The notes: generated from the letters alone by a model not told the origin. Numbered from the whole stretch's first letter, positions 49,603-59,429 are shown. The stretch is 63,416 nt of DNA, filler included, from an uncultured Gemmatimonadota bacterium (GCA_964576115.1; 6 parts of 6 records of this genome joined end to end with filler, not necessarily neighbours in it); one strand, 5' to 3'. Made by a program: numbers and translations.

Positions 49603-49650
49603 GATATCCGACGTTTATATATTGTCAATCTATATATAGATGGTCTAAAT
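49603..49650. promoter_or_regulatory. Putative PadR operator: three AT-rich units at 15-bp period
   Basis: GATATCCGACGTTTA / TATATTGTCAATCTA / TATATAGATGGTCTA; includes the perfect palindrome ATCTATATATAGAT (49628-49641). Confidence 0.6.
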
Positions 49651-49787
49651 AATATCTGTCCACAACGTGGCGGGGGTGTTTCACGACAGAGGGGATTATC
49701 GCCCGGAACAGGGGCGCGTATTTCCGCGTGTATACGGTGTCTGATGTACAGGTAGAGTAAGAACAAGTCCGAGGAGTCCGCCTCTGT

Positions 49788-51200
49788 ATGTCCGCTGATA
49801 ACGGAACATCCCTGCAGCGCGAACTGCGTCTGTTTCCCAGCACCAACATGGTCATCGCCTCCATGGTCGGAGCCGGGATCTTCACCACCTCGGGTCTGCT
49901 CATGGCCGACCTTGCCAACCCCCTGCTCATGCTCATCCTCTGGGCCCTCGGCGGCCTCATCGCCCTGTGCGGAGCCCTCTGTTACGGCGAGCTGGGCGCG
50001 ACCATCCCCGAAGCGGGAGGCGAGTATATCTTCCTGAACCGCCTCTACCCTCCTCTCTGGGGTTTCCTGAGCGGCTGGGTCTCGCTCTTCGTCGGTTTCT
50101 CGGCCCCCATCGCGGCCTCATCGCTGGGTTGCAGCGAGTACCTGGCCGAGGCTTTTCCCGCCCTGGTGGCCTGGGCCGATCCCGACCTGCTCAAACGGGC
50201 ATTTGCGATTCTCATCATCATCGGTTTCACTCTGATCCACCTGCGAGGGATCCGATTCGGCGCCGTGGTGCAGAACTACCTGGTCATCATGAAGGTATTG
50301 CTGATCGTCGTGCTGGTGATCATCGGTTTCGCGGTGGGCCGGGGTGATCTCGCCCACTTCACCATGGGCCGACCATTCCATTTCGATTTCGCCAACCTGA
50401 AGACCGCCGGCCTCTCCCTGATGTGGATCATGTTCGCCTACAGCGGCTGGAACGCCTCGGCCTACCTCGGTTCCGAGATCCGCGATCCCGAACGCACCCT
50501 GCCCCGCTCGCTCCTGCTGGGCACCGGCACGGTCCTCGTCCTCTACCTGATACTGAACTCACTCTTCGTCTATGCCGCCGCTCCGGCCGATATGAGCGGC
50601 GTGATCGCCATCGGCGGCCTGGCGGCCGGCAACCTCTTCGGCAGTGCCATGCGGAGCTTCATCTCGCTCCTGATCGCCTTCGCCCTGCTCTCCTCGATCA
50701 GCGCCTTCATCATCCTGGGACCGCGGGTGTACTACGCCATGGCCCGCAAGGGCCACTTCTTCCGTATGGCGGGAGAGGTCCACCCGGTCTTCAAAGCCCC
50801 GTCGGGTTCGATCCTGCTACAGTGCGGCATCGCCCTGCTCATGGTGCTGACCGGCACCTTCGACCAGATCATTACCTATATGGGTTTTGCGCTGGGGATC
50901 TTCCCCCTCTTCGCCGTGTTCGGGATCTTCAAACTGCGCCGGCGGGGAGCCAGCCGGGCTCCGATGCCCTTCTATCCCGTGGTGCCTGTTTTCTACCTGC
51001 TGATCTCGACTGCAATCCTCGTACTGGCCTATTTCGAACGCCCGGTGGAATCTTCGATCGCCCTGGGGACGGTCCTGCTGGGGATTCCGGTCTATTGGAC
51101 CTTCACCCGGTCCCGATCGCAGGCCGCGGAGAAAGCGGCGACCAGGGAAGCCTCGGCGCGCGATTCCGAAACCGTGGATATCACAACAGATCGAACCTGA
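49788..51200 (+). CDS. APC family amino acid permease
   Basis: MVGAGIF, GALCYGELG...PEAGGEY, FAYSGWN....GSEIRDP.R.LPR, PRVYYAMA. Confidence 0.93.
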   Translation: MSADNGTSLQRELRLFPSTNMVIASMVGAGIFTTSGLLMADLANPLLMLILWALGGLIALCGALCYGELGATIPEAGGEYIFLNRLYPPLWGFLSGWVSLFVGFSAPIAASSLGCSEYLAEAFPALVAWADPDLLKRAFAILIIIGFTLIHLRGIRFGAVVQNYLVIMKVLLIVVLVIIGFAVGRGDLAHFTMGRPFHFDFANLKTAGLSLMWIMFAYSGWNASAYLGSEIRDPERTLPRSLLLGTGTVLVLYLILNSLFVYAAAPADMSGVIAIGGLAAGNLFGSAMRSFISLLIAFALLSSISAFIILGPRVYYAMARKGHFFRMAGEVHPVFKAPSGSILLQCGIALLMVLTGTFDQIITYMGFALGIFPLFAVFGIFKLRRRGASRAPMPFYPVVPVFYLLISTAILVLAYFERPVESSIALGTVLLGIPVYWTFTRSRSQAAEKAATREASARDSETVDITTDRT

Positions 51201-51214
51201 GGAGGTACTCTGCC

Positions 51215-51934
51215 ATGCTGTGCCCGCCCGTGAAATCGACCCTCTGCCTGCTGATACTCACCAGCCTGTTTTTCGCGCTCGCTCTCGTCCCCTCCCCGGC
51301 TGGAGCCCAGGCCAGTGAAGGGGAACAGGAGACCGCCCTCGACCGGCAGGTGCGGGCTTTCCTCGACAGCCAGGAGCGCCGGTGGCGCGACATGAATGTG
51401 CCGGCCGTCGACGGCCGAAAGCTCTACGACATCATCGTCGAGCACGGTTACACCCGGGCGGTCGAGATCGGCACCTCCACCGGCCACTCCGGCATCTGGA
51501 TCGCCTGGGCCCTGAGCAAGACCGGCGGCCGACTCATCACGATCGAGATCGACGAGCGGCGGCACCGTCAGGCGGTGGCCAACTTCGAGGCCGCGGGCCT
51601 GAGCGAGTACATCGACGCCCGCCTGGCCAATGCCCACGAACTGGTCCCCGAGCTCGAGGGTCCCTTCGACTTCGTCTTCAGCGACGCCGACAAGGACTGG
51701 TACACGCAGTACTTCCGGTGGATGCTGCCCAAGCTCGAGGTCGGGGGATGCTTCACCGCCCATAATGTGCAACAGTCCTCGAGCAGCGGCCGGTACGGCG
51801 GGCGCGGCCGGAGGGGACAGCCCGGCACCGCCGAGTTCGTGCGCGAACTGCTGGCCACCGAGGGCCTGGAGACGACCTTCTTCACCAGGGGGGGCGGGCT
51901 CTCGGTGAGTTTCAAGAAGCCGCCGGGAAGGTAA
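51215..51934 (+). CDS. Class I SAM-dependent O-methyltransferase with signal peptide
   Basis: VEIGTSTGHS, LITIE.D, FDFVFSDADK..Y, AHN; GAGGAGG RBS. Confidence 0.88.
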   Translation: MLCPPVKSTLCLLILTSLFFALALVPSPAGAQASEGEQETALDRQVRAFLDSQERRWRDMNVPAVDGRKLYDIIVEHGYTRAVEIGTSTGHSGIWIAWALSKTGGRLITIEIDERRHRQAVANFEAAGLSEYIDARLANAHELVPELEGPFDFVFSDADKDWYTQYFRWMLPKLEVGGCFTAHNVQQSSSSGRYGGRGRRGQPGTAEFVRELLATEGLETTFFTRGGGLSVSFKKPPGR

Positions 51935-51981
51935 AGACCCGACTATGAGAACAGGGAGGGAAGAAACGACGTATTTGTACT

Positions 51982-52761
51982 ATGTCCTCATCGATCGCTC
52001 TCATCGCGGATATTCACGGCAACCGCTGGGCCCTGGAGGCGGTTCTGGCCGATATCAGATCCCGCGGAATCGATCGGATCTCCAACCTCGGTGACAGCCT
52101 CTACGGACCGCTCGATCCGGCCGGGACGGCTGATCTGCTCATCGAGCTGGGGCTGCAGACAGTCCGCGGGAATGAAGACCGGATTCTGCTTGAAGGTAGC
52201 CCCGAGGGTATGGTCGGGAACGGAGAAGAGGACGAAAACCACACGAGTCTGGCTTTTACGCTTTCCTGCCTGACGACTGACCATCACGACTGGCTCGCAT
52301 CATTGCCGTCGAGCCTGGTCTGTACCGCCGACGGCGTCGACCTGTTCCTTTGCCATGGCACACCCCGGCGTGATGATGAATATCTCCTGCATGCTGTTAC
52401 AGCCGATGGTGTCGTGAGCCGATCAACCCTCGAACTCAGTTCGCTGATCGCTGATATCGAACCGTCCTGTATCGCCTGCGGGCACGATCACCTGCCGGCA
52501 GAACGCCGGATCGAACAATGGCTGATTGTCAATCCCGGCAGTGTCGGCTGCCCGGCGTTCACCGATGATAAACCGCATCCACACGCGATCGAGGCCGGTT
52601 CGCCCCACGCCCGCTATGCTGTTCTTACCCCCAGCCCGACAGGATTGGAGGTGACGCATGTCCAGGTACTCTATGACTGGAATCGGTCCGCACAGATCGC
52701 CCGTACCAACGGCCGGTCCGACTGGGCTCTCTGGTTGACTACCGGCCGGGCCACCTCCTGA
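51982..52761 (+). CDS. Metallophosphoesterase family protein
   Basis: DIHGN, LGD, RGNED, HG, GHDH, NPGSVG motifs. Confidence 0.92.
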   Translation: MSSSIALIADIHGNRWALEAVLADIRSRGIDRISNLGDSLYGPLDPAGTADLLIELGLQTVRGNEDRILLEGSPEGMVGNGEEDENHTSLAFTLSCLTTDHHDWLASLPSSLVCTADGVDLFLCHGTPRRDDEYLLHAVTADGVVSRSTLELSSLIADIEPSCIACGHDHLPAERRIEQWLIVNPGSVGCPAFTDDKPHPHAIEAGSPHARYAVLTPSPTGLEVTHVQVLYDWNRSAQIARTNGRSDWALWLTTGRATS

Positions 52762-52775
52762 TCCGCGTCCGGGTT

Positions 52776-55412
52776 CTACTCGACCCGCAAAGCCGTATTG
52801 GGGTCGACCCGGGCGGCCTGAAGGGTCGGGACCAGGCAGGCTGCCAGAGCTACCACGGCCACCATCAGACCGACCCCCAGAAAGGTCATCGGATCGGTCG
52901 GGGCCACGCCGAACAGCTGATTCCGGATCAGCCGCGTTGCCCCGAGTGCCCCGACACTGCCGGCAAGGAGTCCCAGCCCGACCAGACCGAGTCCCTGTCC
53001 CAGGATCAACCTGACAACCGCCCGCGGATCGGCTCCCAGGGCCATTCGGACGCCGATCTCGCGGAAGCGTTCCCTGACAATGCACGCCAGCAGTCCGTAG
53101 AGACCGACCGCGGCCAGGAAGAGCGGAATAACGGCGTAGAGCGTCAGGATGATCGTCATGGTACGCCGCTCAGACACCGATTCGGAGATCAGATCCTCCA
53201 TCATCGCCACCCGACTGACCGGAATGTCACTGTCCAGACGCCGGGCTGTTTCTTTGAGAGCGGTCAGAGCCGGCAGGATCGCACCTTCTGTTTTGAGAAC
53301 GGCGATCATGCGGGTGTAGGGGATCACCGGATAGGCCGCGTACAGAACCGCTCCCGGATCGGCACTCAACCCTTCGACCAGGACGTCTCCGGCAACGCCG
53401 ACGATCCGCATGGCGATCTCGCGTCCGAACATGTCGAGCACGACCCGCTGACCGATCGGATCGGAGGCTGGATAGAGTTGTTCGGCCAGCGTACGGCTGA
53501 TCACGCACGCCGGATTCTCGCGCGTGTCTTCGGCTCCGATCGGGCGTCCGCGGACCAGGGCGATCTGCATGGTTCGGAAATAGTCGGTTGAGACCGATCG
53601 CAGATTGATCTCGCAGGCGCTCTCCCGATCTCCTTCCCGGTACACTTCGAACCAGTTGTAGGGATCGCGGATCGGCAGGTAATTGATCAGGGCGGCCGAT
53701 TCGATCCCCGGCGCGTGGCGAACCTGTTCGAGCAGATCGGCATAGAACCCGATCCGGAGAGCACGGTCCTCGTAACGGGCCGGTGGCAGCTCGAGTTCGG
53801 CGATCAGGACATTCCCGGGATCGAATCCGGGTTCAACCCGGACCAGACCGTTCAGGCTCCGGATCAGGAGTCCGGCTCCGACCAGGAGAACGACCGTTAT
53901 CGCGATCTGGCTGAAGATCAGACCGCGCCGGAATCCGTTGCGGCCGGAGGCTGTCATCCGGCTGGAGAATCTCAGATCGCTTTCCGAAGAGCCGACACCG
54001 CTCTTCAGGGCTGACGGGAACCCGCCGATAACGATCACGATGAGCGCCAGGATCGGTGAGAGGAATACGATCGTGAGCGGGAAGCGTGAGGCGTCGAGAC
54101 CGGGCAGAGCGATCGGATAGAACCGCAGGATCAGAGGCTGCAGGAGCAGGCCGACGAAAATCCCCAGGATGCCGGCCACGATTCCCGCCATGGCCCGCTC
54201 GATGAGGATCGCCGAGAGAAGTCGGCCGCGCGAAGCACCGAGTGATCGGCGCACAGCGAGTTCGCTGCGGCGAGCGAGATCGCGGGTCAGGAGCAGGCCG
54301 GCCACATTGGCCGCCGCGATCAGCAACAGCAGGGCCGTGGCCGCCAGCAGCAGAAGGAGTCCCGACCGGTAATCACGCACGAAGAAATCGTGCAGGCCGA
54401 CCAGCAGCATCCCTTTCGTGAAGTCTTCGTTTCCGTTCGTCTCCGGATATTCCCGGGCCAGACGTTCGGCGATGATATCGGCCCGGGCCTGGACCTGATC
54501 CATCGAGACACCCTCAGCGAGTCGCCCGATGATATTCCAGTTGTGCCGGTCACGCAGGCTGGCGACATCCCGATCAGGACGCATTGGTCGCCAGAAGTCC
54601 GAATCTCCGAAGAAACTGAAAGAGAACTCTTCCGGCATGATACCGACGATTGTTCGGCCGACGCCGTCTATCGTCAGCACTTTTCCGACGGCCCCGACAT
54701 CCCCGGCGAAATGCCTTTGCCAGAACCTGTGACTCAGGATCACGGTCTCGGGAGAATCAGCGGTGCCCTCTTCGGAGGTAAAGGAACGGCCGTACAAGGG
54801 TTCGATACCGAGGGTCGAAAAGAAGCAGGGTGAGACGGCTGTGCCGCTGACCCGTTCCGGCTCGGCACCACCGGTCACGGTATACATCTGAGGAAAAGGC
54901 ATGATCGTTGAGAGAGCGGCGAAGCCCTCACACTGATCGCGGTAATCGATATAGTCGGGCCCGGAAGACCAGGGATTGGGGCTGTCGTTGAAGGTGGTCT
55001 GGCACAGCACGAGTTCGTGAGAGTCCGGGAAAGGCAGGGGTTCGACGAACACTTTCTGCATCAGAGCCAGGACAGCCACCGTGCAGCCGACACCGACCCC
55101 GAGCGTCAGAACCAGGCTGAAGGCATGAAGGGGGTGACGGGCCAGCGAGCGCACGGCCTGCCGGGAATCGCGTACGAGGTGCTCGATCAGGAGCAGAGTA
55201 CCCGATTCCCGCACCTGCTCGCGGGTGCGTTCCACCCCGCCGAAATCCCGCCGGGCGATCCGGAGAGCCTCCTGCCTGTCGATACCCCGCTCGACAAGAT
55301 CGGCAACCGCCAGCTCCAGGTGCAGATCGAGCTCTTCAGACAGCTCCGCCTCGAAACTCTTCTTTCTGAAAAAGGTCGATATCCAGCGCAGGAATCCGCG
55401 AATCCGATCCAT
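52776..55412 (-). CDS. ADOP-type duplicated ABC permease
   Basis: EL.EEL..HLEL prefix, FGG.ER..E, LLLIAAANVAGLLL.R, REIGVRMALGA, AARVDP..ALRVE. Confidence 0.92.
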   Translation of the reverse strand: MDRIRGFLRWISTFFRKKSFEAELSEELDLHLELAVADLVERGIDRQEALRIARRDFGGVERTREQVRESGTLLLIEHLVRDSRQAVRSLARHPLHAFSLVLTLGVGVGCTVAVLALMQKVFVEPLPFPDSHELVLCQTTFNDSPNPWSSGPDYIDYRDQCEGFAALSTIMPFPQMYTVTGGAEPERVSGTAVSPCFFSTLGIEPLYGRSFTSEEGTADSPETVILSHRFWQRHFAGDVGAVGKVLTIDGVGRTIVGIMPEEFSFSFFGDSDFWRPMRPDRDVASLRDRHNWNIIGRLAEGVSMDQVQARADIIAERLAREYPETNGNEDFTKGMLLVGLHDFFVRDYRSGLLLLLAATALLLLIAAANVAGLLLTRDLARRSELAVRRSLGASRGRLLSAILIERAMAGIVAGILGIFVGLLLQPLILRFYPIALPGLDASRFPLTIVFLSPILALIVIVIGGFPSALKSGVGSSESDLRFSSRMTASGRNGFRRGLIFSQIAITVVLLVGAGLLIRSLNGLVRVEPGFDPGNVLIAELELPPARYEDRALRIGFYADLLEQVRHAPGIESAALINYLPIRDPYNWFEVYREGDRESACEINLRSVSTDYFRTMQIALVRGRPIGAEDTRENPACVISRTLAEQLYPASDPIGQRVVLDMFGREIAMRIVGVAGDVLVEGLSADPGAVLYAAYPVIPYTRMIAVLKTEGAILPALTALKETARRLDSDIPVSRVAMMEDLISESVSERRTMTIILTLYAVIPLFLAAVGLYGLLACIVRERFREIGVRMALGADPRAVVRLILGQGLGLVGLGLLAGSVGALGATRLIRNQLFGVAPTDPMTFLGVGLMVAVVALAACLVPTLQAARVDPNTALRVE

Positions 55413-55426
55413 GGTCGCGCCCCCTC

Positions 55427-55738
55427 CTACTCTGCGCCGGTCGCGCTGACAATGCCGGTCACGGCAGCCGAGAGCGAGAGCCAGTGTGCAATTTCATCAC
55501 GGAGCTGTTTCTCGCCGCTACGGGTCAGCAGGTAGTAGCGGGCCCGCCGGTTGTTCTCGGTCGTGCGCCACTCCGATTTAATCCAGCCCCGCTTCATCAA
55601 CCGGTGCAGGGCCGGGTAAAGAGATCCCTGGTTGATCTGCAGAATTCCGTCGGACATCTGCTGGATGCGGTGGGTAATGCCCCAGCCGTGCATCGGCTCC
55701 AGGGCCAGGGTTTTCAGGATCAGCATGTCGAGCGTGCC
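55427..55738 (-). CDS. PadR family regulator (ADOP-associated), 5' truncated
   Basis: GTLDMLILK.L...PMHGWGI..RI, QGSLYPALHRL, W..TENNRRARYY. Confidence 0.93.
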   Translation of the reverse strand, partial: GTLDMLILKTLALEPMHGWGITHRIQQMSDGILQINQGSLYPALHRLMKRGWIKSEWRTTENNRRARYYLLTRSGEKQLRDEIAHWLSLSAAVTGIVSATGAE

Positions 55739-55838
55739 NNNNNNNNNNNNNNNNNNNNNNNNNNNNNNNNNNNNNNNNNNNNTTAATTAATTAANNNNNN
55801 NNNNNNNNNNNNNNNNNNNNNNNNNNNNNNNNNNNNNN
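55739..55838. other. Artificial contig linker
   Basis: N-run, TTAATTAATTAA, N-run. Confidence 0.98.
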
Positions 55839-57270
55839 CCAGCACCGCCAGAGCGAACACCGCCGCGAAGACCGAAAGATCGATCGCCATCTCCCGGGCC
55901 GGAAAACTCACCCAGACGCCGAGCTGCGAGAAAAAGCTGCCCAGCCGGGCCACGGCCGGCACCGCCAGCAGCAGCGCCACCCCACCGGCGGCCAGGGCCA
56001 GAACCAGATTCTCGATCAGCAGCTGGCGGGCCAGTCGAGCCGGGGAGGCGCCGAGTACACTGCGCACGGCCAGTTCGTGACGCCGGGTACCGGCCAGCGA
56101 GAGCAGGAGGTTGGCGACATTGGCACAGGCCAACAGGAGCAGGAGCAACGCTCCGGCCAGCATGATCCGGGCGGTGGGCAGTTCGGTAAGCCGGGAACCG
56201 GGCGCGACCCAGGCCGCCTCAGCCACCCGCAGGCGTCGCTCGGCATTCTCGCGCGGGTACTCCCCGTCAAGGGCACGGGAGGTCACCGCGAGTTCGATTG
56301 CGGCTGCCTCGCGCGAATACCCGGGACGCAGGCGCCCGAAGAAGTTGAGGTAGAGCGCATCCCGATTCTGCGCCTGCTGTTCGACGTCGCCGTAGGGGAC
56401 GAAGAGCTGTTCGAGGGGCAGATAGATATCGGGACGCAGGCTCGAATCGGTGCCGAGGAAATCGGAGCCCACCACCCCCACGACGGTCCGGGGGTTGCCG
56501 TTGAGATAGACGGTACTGCCGACGACCTCCGGATCCGATCCGAAGGCACGCCGCCAGAACCGGTCCGAGAGCAGTACGATCGGATCATTGGAGCGTCGAT
56601 CATCCTCAGGTGTGAAACCGCGGCCGAGTTCGATTTCGACCCCGAGCATCGAGAAGTAGTTCCCCGAGACCCCCTGCCCCGTGATCGGATCACTCGTCTC
56701 CCCGTGACGGATACTGCCCAGGAAGAGATTCTGCGCCCAGGCCAGTTCTGCGAAGGCCCCCGAGGAGATGGCCGCATAATCGCGGATGTCGGGGTACGAC
56801 ACGGGCAGGAACGGGGTATCCTCGGTGGTCTCGAAGATCTGGACCAGCCCCCGGGGGTCCACACCGGGAAAGGGGCGCGAGAAATTGTCGAGATACGTGA
56901 TCACGACCGAACTGGCAGCCAGTCCCAGCGCCAGGATGAGGATCGCCGAGAGCGAGGACACCGGCCGGCGGGCCAGACCGGTGAGGAGCGACCGCAGATC
57001 CTGTTTGACGGCGTCGAGGCGATGTTTCTTCTGTCTGTCCCGGCGACCGCCCCCGGCGATCGCAGTGCAGACCTCACCCACACCCTCGGGATCGCCGAAA
57101 CGGGTCAGAGCCTCCTGCCGGGCGGCCTCGGGATCCATCCCCGCCCTGACATTCAGCCTGGTCTGTTCCTCGATATGAAAGGCGATCTCCTCGGCGACCT
57201 GGTGCCTGATCCGCCTCTCTCCCGAGATATCGACCAGGAGCTGGATCCACCCGTTGAGAACCCGTGACAT
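55839..57270 (-). CDS. ADOP-type ABC permease, N-terminal half (3' cut by contig end)
   Basis: EEIAFHIE...G..PE.AR..A..RFGD prefix; LLLACANVANLLL. Confidence 0.9.
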
Positions 57271-57281
57271 CGACCGACTCC

Positions 57282-57638
57282 CTACGATGTCTGCAGAACC
57301 CGGGCCACGATGCCCACGAACGAATTCCAGCGCTCGGTTTCAGTACTGAGATGTGTGCGACCGGCAGCAGTCAGACTGTAGTACTTGGCCCGCCGCTTGT
57401 TCTCGGTGATGCGCCACTCCGGTTCGATCAGACCGCGGCGCTCCATCCGGTAGAGCGCCGGGTAGAGCGTGCCGTCCTCGATATCGAGGCTGTCATCGGT
57501 GATCTCGCGGAAGCGGCGGGCGATGCCGAACCCGTGCTGGGGTCCCTCGGTCAGGATCTGCAGAATGAGCATCTCGAGGGTGCCCAGCAGCAGGTCAACC
57601 TTCTTCTCCCTCCCCTTTTCCTTCTCTGCTTTCGTCAT
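57282..57638 (-). CDS. PadR family regulator (ADOP-associated)
   Basis: GTLEMLIL..L..GP.HGFGI, GTLYPALYRME, W..TEN.RRAKYY.LT..G. Confidence 0.93.
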   Translation of the reverse strand: MTKAEKEKGREKKVDLLLGTLEMLILQILTEGPQHGFGIARRFREITDDSLDIEDGTLYPALYRMERRGLIEPEWRITENKRRAKYYSLTAAGRTHLSTETERWNSFVGIVARVLQTS

Positions 57639-57710
57639 ACCCCTTATCTCTCCGGCAATCGGGCTCTCTCCGGACAGCAGTGACGGACCGGTCCGGCAGA
57701 CAGAGCCCTT

Positions 57711-57763
57711 CCCCTTGACCTTCTGGGTATAGATACGAAGCTTTACCCTAGAAGTTCAAGGGG
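57711..57763. promoter_or_regulatory. Putative PadR operator: two 7-3-7 palindromes forming a larger inverted repeat
   Basis: CCCTTGA-CCT-TCTGGGT (57712) and CCCTAGA-AGT-TCAAGGG (57746), upstream of padR. Confidence 0.55.
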
Positions 57764-57777
57764 AAAGAGAAAAGGGC

Positions 57778-58635
57778 CTATCTCTCGCGGAAAGCTCCCC
57801 GCAGGCTGATCCCCGCGCTCAGGAAAACAAGATCGGATCGGGTGTGACGGTCGGTGAGGACCAACCGATCCCCGTCGTAACTCAGACTCCCCGGGGCCAG
57901 GTACTTCACTCTGCCGCCGAAGAGATAGCGACCCTGCAGGTCGAAGAAGAGGGTCAGGGGATTGCCGGTTGCTTTCTCGCCCTGCCCGAAACGGAGCAGA
58001 CGCATTTTCAGACCGGCTCCGACACCGTAGCTGGGAGCCACGTTCGCGAGCAGGGTTTTCGATTCGTCTTCGTTGACCATGATCATGGTCCCGTTGACAA
58101 AGATCGGGGCGGTGGTGTTCTCGCCGGTGTAGGCCTGGGTGAAGAAGTAGTTGATCCCGGCGAAAGTCTCGACATACGGGGTCAGCCGTGCCAGGCGAGG
58201 CTGAAAACGGATGACCACGTGGGTCGTGAGCATGTCGTAGGAAAACTTGACGTACTCCGGGTTGACGGCCGTGTAGCCGGGCAGGTCGTGGCTGAATTCG
58301 GATCCGTAGGTGGTCACACCCACCCGTCCGCCGATCGAGATGGCTGTGCCGCGCAGGAGCCAGCGGGCCGAAAGCGCCCCGCCCCAGGCAGAACCGTCGA
58401 TCCCCCCGGCGAGTTCGCCGACCGGCTGACCGTTGAGCACGATCAGCTCCACTTCGGCCCGGTTTTGGGCCCGGACGGATCCGGGCAGGCCGAGGGCCGA
58501 CAGGCAGCCGGCAACCAGAATCAGAGACAGAATCCGGAGGCACGAGCCGACGGGACCGGTTGATGCAGGATGAACAGCCTGAGCAGGATTGCTGGCCCGA
58601 TCTAGATGGGTACCACGAGACATGATGCAGTTCAT
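57778..58635 (-). CDS. Putative outer-membrane beta-barrel protein
   Basis: Signal-like segment, alternating amphipathic strands (LTPYVETFAGINYF, YGVGAGL, FFDLQGRYLFGG); AAGGAG RBS. Confidence 0.6.
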   Translation of the reverse strand: MNCIMSRGTHLDRASNPAQAVHPASTGPVGSCLRILSLILVAGCLSALGLPGSVRAQNRAEVELIVLNGQPVGELAGGIDGSAWGGALSARWLLRGTAISIGGRVGVTTYGSEFSHDLPGYTAVNPEYVKFSYDMLTTHVVIRFQPRLARLTPYVETFAGINYFFTQAYTGENTTAPIFVNGTMIMVNEDESKTLLANVAPSYGVGAGLKMRLLRFGQGEKATGNPLTLFFDLQGRYLFGGRVKYLAPGSLSYDGDRLVLTDRHTRSDLVFLSAGISLRGAFRER

Positions 58636-58798
58636 GACAGACTCCTTCCCCCCTCTCGCGCTTCCCCTCTCGCGTTGTCCCTCAACGCTCCCTCTCACAC
58701 CCCCCCTCTCGCCTTTGTTCCAGCGACACGGGGGACCTGGCCTGCTATTACACTAGACGATCTGGGGATAAGGTTTGTTTCCCGAATAATGGGCGTGT

Positions 58799-59407
58799 TC
58801 AGTCTTCCGGAAATTCTGCCGGACCGTCCCGGTAAATGATCCTGATCCCCGGCGGAGAATCATCATCCGATTCAATAGAGCAGGTGACCGGGCCGTTCCA
58901 TCGTTCACTCGACCGGTATTCCCCCCTGCTCTCATCTTCCCGGATCTCAACCGCTGTCGCCCACCCCTGCAGTGGACCAGAAAGGAGTTGTTGTTCCCGC
59001 CGGCTGAACGTAAGCCGCACAATGACCACATTCCGCCCCCTGATCGAAGGATAGCCTCCAACGGCATCCTCGAAGCGCTCCAGTTCGATAGTCAACCGGC
59101 GGCCTGACAGAGAGTACCTGCAGGGCAACATCCGACCGGGAAGAATCAGTTGGGGATGACATTCGATGTCCCACTCTCTCGATGCCAGATCGACATGATA
59201 GATGAGTTTCATGTGCCGGATCCGGGGATCGCCGGGGGCAACAAGACCGGATTCCGGCGAGGAGAGAGGCAGCACCTCCAGCGTCAGACGCCCGGCTAAT
59301 TGACAGCTATCCGGATCGGGCAGAAGGGTAGTGCGCCCGGAGGCACAATCAGCCAGCAGAAGGCAGAGGGTGAGAGAGATCACGATCAACTTCTGTGAGA
59401 TCTCCAT
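58799..59407 (-). CDS. Hypothetical secreted protein or lipoprotein
   Basis: 202-aa ORF with hydrophobic N-terminus ending LLADC; fills the intergenic space. Confidence 0.5.
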   Translation of the reverse strand: MEISQKLIVISLTLCLLLADCASGRTTLLPDPDSCQLAGRLTLEVLPLSSPESGLVAPGDPRIRHMKLIYHVDLASREWDIECHPQLILPGRMLPCRYSLSGRRLTIELERFEDAVGGYPSIRGRNVVIVRLTFSRREQQLLSGPLQGWATAVEIREDESRGEYRSSERWNGPVTCSIESDDDSPPGIRIIYRDGPAEFPED

Positions 59408-59429
59408 ACTTCTGTGAGATCTCCATACT
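59389..59429. repeat. Perfect 19-bp tandem duplication (ACTTCTGTGAGATCTCCAT x2) over a start codon
   Basis: Copies at 59389 and 59408. Confidence 0.92.

Noticed and set aside
55427-57270. Apparent tandem padR-permease-padR-permease operon across 55739-55838
   Set aside because: The two halves lie on different contigs joined by the linker, and the permease at 55839 is missing its C-terminal half.
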